Of a stretch of DNA of 42,339 bases, positions 10,281 through 18,558 are shown piece after piece. The notes under the pieces were generated by a model. The model was given only the letters and a program-made list of their open reading frames with translations, did no database searches and was not told where the DNA came from. The translations under genes were made by a program, and so were the position numbers. Source of the DNA: an uncultured bacterium. GTDB taxonomy: Bacteria > Fermentibacterota > Fermentibacteria > Fermentibacterales > JCC-6. Every line of letters begins with the position of its first letter. The stretch's first letter is position 1. The stretch is taken from contig CAZXEF010000002.1 of assembly GCA_964639605.1 (NCBI GenBank), positions 1-42,339 of the forward strand, written 5' to 3'.

Positions 10281-10889
10281 TCACTCCCTATCCAGCGATA
10301 CCCCTCTACCGTCCCTGATTACTTTTGCGAACCTCTGCACCGCGGTGACCCATGTCCCCGCGGAAAGTACGGCCAGCATCATTACGATGGCAAGACCGCC
10401 CCAAATACCCGCTGCCACAAGCCCTGCAATCAGAAGAATGAGCCTTTCCGTCCTGGTGAATATACCAACGGAACACGAAAGATTCACTCCCTCGGCTCTG
10501 GCCCTTACATAGCTGACCATGTAGGAGCCTCCTATGGCGGCCGGGACCAGATAGACCAGAGAATGATGGTCTGTACCCGCTTCTCCGGCCAGCATAGATC
10601 CGAAGATGAGCAGCTCGCCTATCCGGTCACAGCTTGAATCGAAGACCGCACCGGCCTTGCTCACTATTCCTTTCCTGCGGGCCAGCTCGCCATCAACCGC
10701 ATCCAGGATGCTGCCGCCGATGAGGAAGGCCGTTCCGGCGAAATACTCCCCGCTCCAGACGAACCAGGCCGCAACAGAGGTAAGCAGCAGTCCGGCCGTT
10801 GTAGCGGAAAAAGGACCCATCCCCATCCATGCCAGCAGGCTGACAAGGGGATCGAGTAATCTTCTGCCGGCTTCCCTTATATCGTCCAG
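10281..10889 (-). CDS. CDP-alcohol phosphatidyltransferase (candidate phosphatidylinositol-phosphate synthase)
   Basis: [12 protein letters not shown]-x8-G-x3-DSSCDRIGE matches the family motif D-x2-DG-x2-AR...G-x3-D-x3-D, in a multi-TM protein. The ORF track starts at the ATG at 10826. The family-typical N-terminus ([21 protein letters not shown]) continues in frame upstream to a CTG at 10889, with no ATG/GTG/TTG in between. The 5' end is therefore uncertain (10826 to 10889). Confidence 0.8.
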   Translation of the reverse strand: MDDIREAGRRLLDPLVSLLAWMGMGPFSATTAGLLLTSVAAWFVWSGEYFAGTAFLIGGSILDAVDGELARRKGIVSKAGAVFDSSCDRIGELLIFGSMLAGEAGTDHHSLVYLVPAAIGGSYMVSYVRARAEGVNLSCSVGIFTRTERLILLIAGLVAAGIWGGLAIVMMLAVLSAGTWVTAVQRFAKVIRDGRGVSLDRE

Positions 10890-10955
10890 GTTAAATCAAT
10901 CCTCCTGGAAGCTGTTCCGCAAAGCACTGTAAAATAGAGACAGCCAAGAACGTCG

Positions 10956-11654
10956 TCAATCAAAGAATCCCGGCTTCATGGCCGCTCCGCCTACAACCAG
11001 TGTGATCTCTCCACGGACATTCCCGCTGGCGAAATGCTCCGCAACTTCTTCGATGCTTCCCCTGACGAACTCCTGGTGAAGCTTGGTCAGCTCCCTTGCC
11101 ACGCAGACCGGCCGGTTGCCCAGCACGTCCTTCATCTCTTCCAGGTACTTCAGGAGATGATGCGGTCCCACATAATATACAAGTGAACCGCCGTATGTGG
11201 ACATCTCTGCCAGTCTGGCCGACCTGGCTCCCGTCTTCCTGGGCAGAAAACCCTCGAATGAGAACCTGTCCGTGGGGAGTCCGGAAGCAGCAACGGCGCA
11301 GATCACAGCGGATGGTCCAGGCACCGCCTCCACCTGGAAACCTCCGGTCAGAGCAGCTCTGACCGCCCTGTACGCAGGGTCGGATATCCCCGGCATTCCT
11401 GCGTCGGACACCAGCGCAACGTTCAGCCCCCTTGCCAGGAAATCCAGTATCTGGGGAATGCGGCCCCTGGCGTTATGGTCATGATAGCTGTAGAGGTTCC
11501 GTCCATCACCGACGAACCTGGCGGTCCGTCTTGTATCCTCCGCCATCACCACGGAAGATTCCTTTATGGTGTCCCTGGCCCTGGGGGACAGGTCGGAGAG
11601 GTTGCCTATGGGAGTTCCCACCAGAATGAGCTTTCCCCCCGGACCGGGTGTCAT
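10956..11654 (-). CDS. rsmI: 16S rRNA (cytidine1402-2'-O)-methyltransferase
   Basis: 232 aa. LILVGTPIGNLSDLS tetrapyrrole-methylase-fold N-terminus typical of RsmI. Confidence 0.88.
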   Translation of the reverse strand: MTPGPGGKLILVGTPIGNLSDLSPRARDTIKESSVVMAEDTRRTARFVGDGRNLYSYHDHNARGRIPQILDFLARGLNVALVSDAGMPGISDPAYRAVRAALTGGFQVEAVPGPSAVICAVAASGLPTDRFSFEGFLPRKTGARSARLAEMSTYGGSLVYYVGPHHLLKYLEEMKDVLGNRPVCVARELTKLHQEFVRGSIEEVAEHFASGNVRGEITLVVGGAAMKPGFFD

Positions 11655-11908
11655 CTCTCCGTTTCCCCTTCATGCCTTCGGGCGGTTCTCTCCAGCAGCT
11701 TCCTCTGAAGGTCGCCTACCCTTTCAGCGAGCTTTTCCGTCTCCTCAGGGTCTCTTCTGAAGGTCACATCCAGCACATCGCCCTCTCTGGAGCCGGATGG
11801 CAGGTGCGCTGCCGGAACGAGCCAGGACTGACCGTCCTCGGTTATCAGCACAGCCAGGAGTCCCTCTATCCTGTCAAGAGACACCATGAGCTTCTTATCC
11901 TCGGTCAT
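11651..11908 (-). CDS. DUF3006 domain protein
   Basis: Only the C-terminal 85 aa of the 205-aa track ORF look real (MTEDKKLMVSLDRIEGLLAVLITEDGQSWLVPAAHLP..GDVLDVTF). The upstream part overlaps the DUF2085 gene in another frame. Start taken at the ATG at 11908. Confidence 0.6.
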   Translation of the reverse strand: MTEDKKLMVSLDRIEGLLAVLITEDGQSWLVPAAHLPSGSREGDVLDVTFRRDPEETEKLAERVGDLQRKLLERTARRHEGETER

Positions 11909-11979
11909 TGCCCTCCTGAGATTGGTTAGATTGGTGCCGGGCCTGAAAATGGTACATTTCAACTTCACCGGTCGACTTT

Positions 11980-12426
11980 TTAATGTCCCATTTTCAGGCC
12001 CGGCACCGAGTGCTTTCCAAAGAATACTACAGCTGCTCCCAGTCCTGCGGCAAGGCCGGTGAACATCCTGATCGGGTTGCTGCTCTGATATGTCGTGCAG
12101 AGCTGGACCAGTCCATCCGCAATGAAAGGCAACAGGGCCGGCAGGCCCGTCCAGAACGGAAGGCTGAACCGCGGTCGGTACATGGCAGCGGTTCCCAGAC
12201 AAAGCCCGAGCCAGAACGCCGTGCACCTTGCACAGAGACCGGAAGGACCCCATGGAAGATGGATGCACCTGGACGGCATGCGGTGGCAGAGGGATGTCAG
12301 CACGGGGTCTGCGAAATTCCCGGCATCACCCAGGACCGGTCTGACCACGGACATCAGAAACAACAGAAGGGAAGGAAGACCAAGCACCAGGGCCAGGACC
12401 AGTCTTCCCCTCTCTTCGGTTCTCAT
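11980..12426 (-). CDS. DUF2085-like integral membrane protein
   Basis: 148 aa, about 4 TM segments. The CHRMPSRC...CARCTAFWLG cysteine pattern is typical of DUF2085. Confidence 0.6.
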   Translation of the reverse strand: MRTEERGRLVLALVLGLPSLLLFLMSVVRPVLGDAGNFADPVLTSLCHRMPSRCIHLPWGPSGLCARCTAFWLGLCLGTAAMYRPRFSLPFWTGLPALLPFIADGLVQLCTTYQSSNPIRMFTGLAAGLGAAVVFFGKHSVPGLKMGH

Positions 12427-12445
12427 GGAGAGCGGTACCCCCGGA

Positions 12446-14044
12446 TCACTCCTCTATCCAGATTATCCTGGTCCGGTTGTCCGCCTGTATCTCTCCCAGT
12501 TCCTCTATGTAGCCGGAGACAGCCTCCATGAGAGTGATGTTGGCGGGAACCGCCTCATGTTCCAGCATTATCTCGTAGCCCACGTTCCCCTGGGCCAGGT
12601 AACCTGTAGTGACGAGGCTGTAGATGCTGTCCGGATTCCACGGTTCACCACCAACCAGGATATCGCTCATCTTCTGACCGTCGGGCATTGTCTGGTTGCG
12701 GGTAGCGGTCAATCCTCCTATCTCCATGTCCCTTCTGCGGCCCTGCATTCCGGTTTCCAGGATGTCCCTGAGCTCGGCGCCGGTGACTTCCAGAATGAAG
12801 AGGTGCTCCTCGAAGGGAATGGCCTGATAGATTATTCTGGGGGTCAGGGGTCCACGGGGAATGGCTGCCCTTATCCCGCCCCGGTTCATGAGCGCCACAT
12901 CGGCTCCCGTACTCCAGAGCATGGCATCCGCTACGAGCCTCCCCAGTGGATGCTCGGCATCGCCCCTGGTGATCTGCTCCAGAGCCTCTCCGATGACCTG
13001 GTCCATTCCGGCCTCTGCCACCGACCTGAACCCGTCTATCATCTCCGCCGCCTGAGGGTCGGGCCAGAACTCATCATGAAGGAGGCTTATATACTCCTCC
13101 CCCTCCGGCAGATCGTAACCCACCAGGGTCCCGGTCTCCGTGTCTATGGCCAGCCTGAGCCTGCCTATCCCCGTGCCGTTCGCATAACCCTGTACTACGA
13201 TCGTGTGATTTACAGGACTCACCCAGGGCTCACTGAGACCAAGATGGGTATGCCCGGACACGATGACATCGATGCCCGGTACGAGGCAGGTCAGTTCAGC
13301 GTTGTTCATGGAGAAGTCCTTGGTGTACTCCTCCCCCTGGTCCCAGGCACTGTAGACCCTCTCCAGGTATCGGTCCGGATCACCAGGCTGTCCGAGGTGG
13401 GAGACCAGGATGACGATATCGGCACCCAGTTCCCTCACCTCCTGCACGTACCTCTCCGTAGTCTCGACCTCGTTCAGGAAGACATACCCGGCAAGCAGCT
13501 CGGGGGTCACGAGCCCATAGGTATCGGGAGTCGCAAGACCGATGAAAGCGATGTTCACGCCATCGTATTCCCATATCTCGTAAGGAACTACGGGATAAGG
13601 GATCTCCCCGGTGGCGGAATCGACGAAGTTGGTGCATATCACCGGGAACTCCGCCTGCCGGCACAGCTTGAGCACATTATCGGTACCGTCATCGAAATCA
13701 TGGTTACCCAGGGTCATCATGTCGTATTCAATGGAGTTCATCCACTCCATCACGAACTCGCCGCCCTGATAGTTCCCCGTAGGGGTGCCCTGATAGATAT
13801 CCCCGACGTCTATCAGCAGACAGTACTCCCCTTCGGCCCGGCATTCCTCCCTCACTGCGTTTACATAAGAGCTGATGTAGGCTCCTCCACCGATCATCGG
13901 GGGAAAGTCGGGATTCATGAACGATGCCTCCGTCGGCACTATCCCGCCATGTATGTCATTCGTATGGAGTATGTTCAGATATATGATCTCGCCTGACGCC
14001 CCGAAGGCCAGCAGGAGCGAAAGGACAGGAAGCAGTACTCTCAC
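12446..14044 (-). CDS. Secreted bifunctional metallophosphatase / 5'-nucleotidase (UshA-like)
   Basis: 532 aa. Signal peptide MRVLLPVLSLLLAFGASG. Calcineurin-like motifs HTNDIHGG, DVGD and GNHDFD, and a C-terminal 5'-nucleotidase substrate-binding-like half. Confidence 0.88.
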   Translation of the reverse strand: MRVLLPVLSLLLAFGASGEIIYLNILHTNDIHGGIVPTEASFMNPDFPPMIGGGAYISSYVNAVREECRAEGEYCLLIDVGDIYQGTPTGNYQGGEFVMEWMNSIEYDMMTLGNHDFDDGTDNVLKLCRQAEFPVICTNFVDSATGEIPYPVVPYEIWEYDGVNIAFIGLATPDTYGLVTPELLAGYVFLNEVETTERYVQEVRELGADIVILVSHLGQPGDPDRYLERVYSAWDQGEEYTKDFSMNNAELTCLVPGIDVIVSGHTHLGLSEPWVSPVNHTIVVQGYANGTGIGRLRLAIDTETGTLVGYDLPEGEEYISLLHDEFWPDPQAAEMIDGFRSVAEAGMDQVIGEALEQITRGDAEHPLGRLVADAMLWSTGADVALMNRGGIRAAIPRGPLTPRIIYQAIPFEEHLFILEVTGAELRDILETGMQGRRRDMEIGGLTATRNQTMPDGQKMSDILVGGEPWNPDSIYSLVTTGYLAQGNVGYEIMLEHEAVPANITLMEAVSGYIEELGEIQADNRTRIIWIEE

Positions 14045-14059
14045 TGTTACTCCCCCCGC

Positions 14060-15292
14060 CTACAGCCGGAAAGCCCGGCTGATTGAGAACATGACCCTGG
14101 TATCCGTTTCCTCAACGGTAAGGCTGTCTCCGGAGACGAAGGACGGGAGTCCCGCCAGCTCGGTCTGCATCCACCTGTCAGGGGAGAAGCTCCCGCCCAG
14201 ATCAAGGTTCCAGTCCCCCGAACGGAAGCCCAGGCCGGTGGTGAAGCTCATCCTGTCAAGCGAAGCTGCGATGGGAGAACGCCGGTAGCTGAACCCGAAC
14301 CTTGCGGTGGGTCCACCGGGAAGCGTGTTCTCCACACCGAAGCTCATGCCCCATGAGTTGGAAAGCCCCAGGCTTACATCCTCGAATTGCAGTGACCCTT
14401 CGTTGCTCCAGAAGAATTCGCCCGTCACCCTGGACCTGAGAGTGTTCCCCGGAACGTAAAGGGCTCCGAGTTTCACGGTCATGGGCATGTCCAGGTCGTA
14501 ATCCTCATCGGATAGAGTGTTCCAGTCCACAGGGTCTCCCGAGTTCTCCGGGGATACGGAAAGGGCCATCGGGTATTCCACCGCGGCACTGACGAACACT
14601 CTCCTGTGGGGAGCGAACAGAAGAGAACCTCGAGTGACTACTCCGGACATGGATTCACTGCGCCCGGCAAGGGTCCCGTCCTGTGAAGGGTCCGTGAAGG
14701 CAACTTCCCAGGAGACATCCCTGCTGCCCGTGACATAGCCGCCGGCCAGCCCGAACGTGAGGACCTCGGAAGGCATGAAGGCCACGGCCAGATCGAACTC
14801 GTTCAACTGACCGGAGATGTCCAGCATCTCCTCGCCTGTCTTCACGTAGGCAGCGTCCCTGATGATGCGGTCGTAGCTGTAGCCGAAGATCGCAGGTACC
14901 CTGTAGCCGGCGGCGAAGGCCACCGACCCGGGAAGCCCGGAAACTCCGCGAAGGGCCACGGCGGCCCCTCCGGGGAAGAAGGACATTTCCTTGTTGAAGG
15001 CTATCTCCGATTCCCCTATGGAACTCTCGAACTGGTCATAGACCCTCCTGGTACGCTTCTCTACGAAGAAATCAGCCCCGCCCGAGAACTCCACAAGAAG
15101 CCCCTCTTCCGATAGTCCCAGCAGAGAGGGGTTCTCCAGCATGCCCAGGGCGGAGGTTTCCATGAAGCCGGACCCGCCCATTGCATGCGACACGGCGGAC
15201 TGTGAGCCCAGGGGCTCACCCAGCCACATCACCTCCGGCAGTCCGGCGGTAACCGTCATTAGCGATATCATTCCTGCTGCGATAATGCTCAT
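14060..15292 (-). CDS. Outer-membrane beta-barrel protein, FadL/PorV (UPF0164)-like
   Basis: 410 aa. The N-terminal pattern AVSHAMGGSGF..TSALGMLENPSLLG resembles the (A/G)MGGA...NPA(G/S)L motif of FadL/TodX/PorV-type barrels. Alternating beta-strand pattern throughout. Family assignment is by eye only. Confidence 0.55.
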   Translation of the reverse strand: MSIIAAGMISLMTVTAGLPEVMWLGEPLGSQSAVSHAMGGSGFMETSALGMLENPSLLGLSEEGLLVEFSGGADFFVEKRTRRVYDQFESSIGESEIAFNKEMSFFPGGAAVALRGVSGLPGSVAFAAGYRVPAIFGYSYDRIIRDAAYVKTGEEMLDISGQLNEFDLAVAFMPSEVLTFGLAGGYVTGSRDVSWEVAFTDPSQDGTLAGRSESMSGVVTRGSLLFAPHRRVFVSAAVEYPMALSVSPENSGDPVDWNTLSDEDYDLDMPMTVKLGALYVPGNTLRSRVTGEFFWSNEGSLQFEDVSLGLSNSWGMSFGVENTLPGGPTARFGFSYRRSPIAASLDRMSFTTGLGFRSGDWNLDLGGSFSPDRWMQTELAGLPSFVSGDSLTVEETDTRVMFSISRAFRL

Positions 15293-15304
15293 TGTTCCTC
15301 CACC

Positions 15305-17737
15305 CTACCAGCGGAAATCCAGCTGACAGCGGATCCCGTATTCAGTAGCATGATCGATGAAATCCCTCACCGGGCTGTCAGGGTCGCCCTGGTAGTAGAA
15401 GCTGTCTTCAGGGTCTGGCCTGTAAAGTCCGGTCCTGGGATAGAAAGTGTCTTTTCGAAGAACCCTCAGCCTGAGCTGCAGATTGTCGGACAGGTTGTTC
15501 TTGATAGTCACATAGAATTTCGTACCGTCACCGTCGAGGAAATCGATCCCGGTATCCTCGAATTCCCACTGGCTCATCCCGTCGGTGGACCAGAGGGTGG
15601 TCCCTCCAAGAACGGAAAGGGCTTCGCTGAAGTTGTGTTCCCACCGTGCGGCCAGGTAACCGCCGGACATCAGTCTGTCGTCTCCGTAGAGCGGGTTGGG
15701 GGTCAGCTCCACCATGCCCACCCTGAGCTGGACATCAAAGAAATCGCTTTCGCTGGGAAGGAAGAATGTCCTGAAGGTGTACTCGGTGGTACGGGACGTC
15801 GTGGGTACGACATCATGCATCTTGGTCTTATCCTGGAACTTGTACTTCAGCCTGAACCTCACTGTAAAATCAGGCCTGTACTCCACCTCCCCCTGGAATC
15901 TGTAGTTGTCGAATCCGTAGGGGATGGACCTCCACAGGTCAAGGTAGACCTTGGTGAAGGTGATGCTGCGGCTTACCTGGAAGCGGCTCTCGATGTACAT
16001 ACCCTCCTCGGGTTTCGGGGTAGGCCACTGGGCCAGCTGGGAGGAGAGGGGGTCGTTGAGGTAGTAGGGTTTCTCGAAGATCGTGTCATCGTATCGCAGC
16101 TGCTCCGCGAAACCCCGGTTGTACGGATTGTTGAAACCCAGGTCGTAGTGGCGCCAGATACCAAGGAGGTAGAAGTAGTCGTTCTGCCACATCCCCCTTG
16201 CCAGTGCGGCCATGGACTCGTTGTCCTGGCGCACCATCTCACCCTCCAGACTTACGTTGTCGATAATGGTCTGGGCCGAGAAGCCGACGAATGATGAGGA
16301 TTCACCTGCCTCCAGCACATCGTACTCCGGGCAGCTCCACACCTGGGCGTCGCCGGGGATGTCCATCGTCCCCGCATCGGGGACCAGCGAGTCACTGTAG
16401 CTGACGTTCATGCCCCCGAGCCCTATTGCCGTGCCGCAGGGCAGAAGGCCTCCGAAGTCGTAGAAGCCGTAACCGCCGTAGGTGGTCTCCTTGACCACGT
16501 CGGCGTAGGGGGAAGTCCTGGTGGCCGACATGAAGAGGATGTTCGGCGTACCGTCGATATCCCTGATGGCGTCCCTGGACGCGCTGGAATAGAACCCGTA
16601 TCCAAGGAACGGCCCTGTCTGGACCTCAAGGGCACCTCCCACCATGGCGAACTGCCTGGTTGAGGTGAGATCGGGGTAAAGACCCCATGTTCTGTAAGTC
16701 GACCTGTACATCATCTCGTCAGAATTGTCTATCAGCAGCCCCTGACCCAGAGACAGGTGATAGTTGCCGAGGACGGCCTGCCTTACCGCTCCGATGTTCT
16801 CTATGGCCGCGAATCCCTTGGCCACGTCAAAACGCCGGTTGAGATCCCCCAGGTCAAGGTCGTCGAACAGACCGAATCCCGAAGACGAGTTCCTCCCCCT
16901 GGAAAGCCTTGCTCCTCCCCTGAACCTGTCACCCAGTCCCACACGCACCCGGTGTTCCCAGGCGGTGGTGTTAACCGCCTGCAGAAGCTCCTGGTGCTCG
17001 TCACTTATCCTCGCCAGCCATGCGATGCTGTCCGATTCGGAGTAGCCCCTGCCGCCGGACATCATGTCGTACTCGGCTGACCTGAGCTCGCCCAGCATTG
17101 TCCCCAGGCCCTCCTCGTCGTAGAACCTTCCGTCGCCCCCGTCAACCACGACCCTGTAGCTGCCGAAGAAATCCATGGAGCTCAGGTCAAGGTCCCTGAT
17201 GGAAATGAAGTCACGCATGTTCCGGTAGCCGTAGTAAGTGAGGTTGTCCACGTTCCGCAGTGATGTTACGCTCGAGACGGGACCGAGGGTCTTCAGTCTG
17301 GTCTCTACCGCCGCAGCGTCCACAAGGCTCACCCTGTCAAGGCTGCGAAGCTGCCATGAGGTTGCGGAATTTATGGGAATGGGTCGGATCAGGTAGTTCT
17401 CCCACATGTCCACCGCGGCGTCACCGGGACCATCCTCGGTGGCAAGCCTCTCCATGACGCTCATAACCTGCTGGGATACGATTCCCTCGGAAGGAGGGAC
17501 CACAACGCATCTGCTCCTGAGATAGTCAAGCTCCTGAGGACCGAAGCCCGGGATATCCATCACATCGTATATGCTGCGGAGACCGCCCGTTTCGTAGATG
17601 TACCCGTAGAGTTCCTCCGCCTGAAGGGCAGTGAGGCCCGGCAGTTCCTGCAGCTCCTCCAAAGTTGCGGTGTTGAGATCGAACCCGCCGGGAACGGCCA
17701 GACCAACGCATGCTGCCAGTACCAGACTAGAAATCAT
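15305..17737 (-). CDS. Large outer-membrane protein: two ComEA-type helix-hairpin-helix modules fused to a roughly 600-aa beta-rich (barrel-like) region
   Basis: 810 aa with a signal peptide. LNTATLEELQELPGLTALQAEELYGYIYETGGLRSIYDVMDIPGFGPQELDYL matches the ComEA pattern (N.A...EL..LPG.G...A..I......G.F.S..DL..V.G.G). A second, weaker copy is INSATSWQLRSLDRVSLVDAAAVETRLKTLGPVSSVTSLRNVDNLT. The rest is beta-strand-like and ends in an aromatic residue (..QLDFRW). Confidence 0.6.
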   Translation of the reverse strand: MISSLVLAACVGLAVPGGFDLNTATLEELQELPGLTALQAEELYGYIYETGGLRSIYDVMDIPGFGPQELDYLRSRCVVVPPSEGIVSQQVMSVMERLATEDGPGDAAVDMWENYLIRPIPINSATSWQLRSLDRVSLVDAAAVETRLKTLGPVSSVTSLRNVDNLTYYGYRNMRDFISIRDLDLSSMDFFGSYRVVVDGGDGRFYDEEGLGTMLGELRSAEYDMMSGGRGYSESDSIAWLARISDEHQELLQAVNTTAWEHRVRVGLGDRFRGGARLSRGRNSSSGFGLFDDLDLGDLNRRFDVAKGFAAIENIGAVRQAVLGNYHLSLGQGLLIDNSDEMMYRSTYRTWGLYPDLTSTRQFAMVGGALEVQTGPFLGYGFYSSASRDAIRDIDGTPNILFMSATRTSPYADVVKETTYGGYGFYDFGGLLPCGTAIGLGGMNVSYSDSLVPDAGTMDIPGDAQVWSCPEYDVLEAGESSSFVGFSAQTIIDNVSLEGEMVRQDNESMAALARGMWQNDYFYLLGIWRHYDLGFNNPYNRGFAEQLRYDDTIFEKPYYLNDPLSSQLAQWPTPKPEEGMYIESRFQVSRSITFTKVYLDLWRSIPYGFDNYRFQGEVEYRPDFTVRFRLKYKFQDKTKMHDVVPTTSRTTEYTFRTFFLPSESDFFDVQLRVGMVELTPNPLYGDDRLMSGGYLAARWEHNFSEALSVLGGTTLWSTDGMSQWEFEDTGIDFLDGDGTKFYVTIKNNLSDNLQLRLRVLRKDTFYPRTGLYRPDPEDSFYYQGDPDSPVRDFIDHATEYGIRCQLDFRW

Positions 17738-18557
17738 AGGTCACCCCGAACTGGTGGGTCAGGTCGAGCTGAGGATGGGTAATGACGGCGTAGTCGAGCA
17801 GGATCCCGCTCACCGAGGTCTCCAGTCCCCCGGAGATCGTGACCGGTCCGCTCTGGACCCCGGCCATCACGGTGAGAGGTCCCAGCGGAAGGGCCTGACC
17901 TACATGTACCCTTGTCCCGTCAAGGTCGCGGGAAAATGTCAGGGCGGAGATCATACCACCGGAAGGCTCGTAGCGAAGTCCGGCGTCCATCCTTCTCTTC
18001 AGGTACTCCCCGCTCTCCCCTATCCTGGCCTGGAAGGGGTTCCGTATCGAGGCCGCCAGCAGCCACCTGTCGTACATCCTGACCTGAAAACCGGCATTGA
18101 CCGCGAAAGCGGTGGCGCTGCCGTACTCCGATACCCCGTCGGCTATCTCCGCCCTGCAGATGACAGGCTGTATCCCGAAGGACATGTCATCGGTCAGCAT
18201 CCCCGCAAAGGTAAAGGCTGCCATCTGCTCATTGTAGAGGTCTCCGCCGAAGTAGCGGAGGCTGAGACCGGCCTTCCACCTTCCGGCCAGGGGAAGCGCT
18301 CCGTCCGCCCCGTAGGTCCCGAAGTCCATGTTCGAGAAGGGGAGCCTGCCCGAGCAGGTTGCCGTGATGGTCTCGGCGCCGGCAATGGAAGCCGGGTTGA
18401 AAAGAACGGAGCCCGTTCCGAACAGGACCACGCCGGTTCCCCCCATGGCCTGGGCGGCTACGCCGATCTCAAGTTCCTCGAACGCTGCAGTTGCCTGTCC
18501 CGCCATGGCAAGCAGGATCAGGAAGAATACTCTGGTCTTAATGCGCATATGTGACAC
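17727..18557 (-). CDS. Small outer-membrane beta-barrel protein, FadL/PorV/PorQ-like
   Basis: 276 aa. Signal peptide ..LLAMAGQATA. AAQAMGGTGVV..GSVLFNPASIAG motif. C-terminal ..FGVTYDF (terminal Phe typical of BAM substrates). Confidence 0.55.
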   Translation of the reverse strand: MSHMRIKTRVFFLILLAMAGQATAAFEELEIGVAAQAMGGTGVVLFGTGSVLFNPASIAGAETITATCSGRLPFSNMDFGTYGADGALPLAGRWKAGLSLRYFGGDLYNEQMAAFTFAGMLTDDMSFGIQPVICRAEIADGVSEYGSATAFAVNAGFQVRMYDRWLLAASIRNPFQARIGESGEYLKRRMDAGLRYEPSGGMISALTFSRDLDGTRVHVGQALPLGPLTVMAGVQSGPVTISGGLETSVSGILLDYAVITHPQLDLTHQFGVTYDF

Positions 18558-18558
18558 C

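Noticed and set aside
11909-12268. N-terminal 120 aa of the 205-aa ORF 11651..12268
   Set aside because: This part overlaps the DUF2085 gene (11980..12426) in another frame and has Pro/Arg/Cys-rich junk composition. Only the C-terminal DUF3006-like 85 aa, starting at the ATG at 11908, look genuine.
12095-13996. 633-aa plus-strand ORF, the longest ORF on the plus strand
   Set aside because: It is exactly antisense to the well-supported 5'-nucleotidase gene. The translation is low-complexity and rich in R/P/G/H, with no recognisable motif. This is the typical shadow ORF of GC-rich DNA.
15350-16294. 314-aa plus-strand ORF, and likewise 17631..18554 (307 aa) and 34139..35002 (287 aa)
   Set aside because: All are antisense to minus-strand genes with strong signal-peptide or motif support (the outer-membrane proteins and clpX/clpP). 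No independent evidence supports coding.
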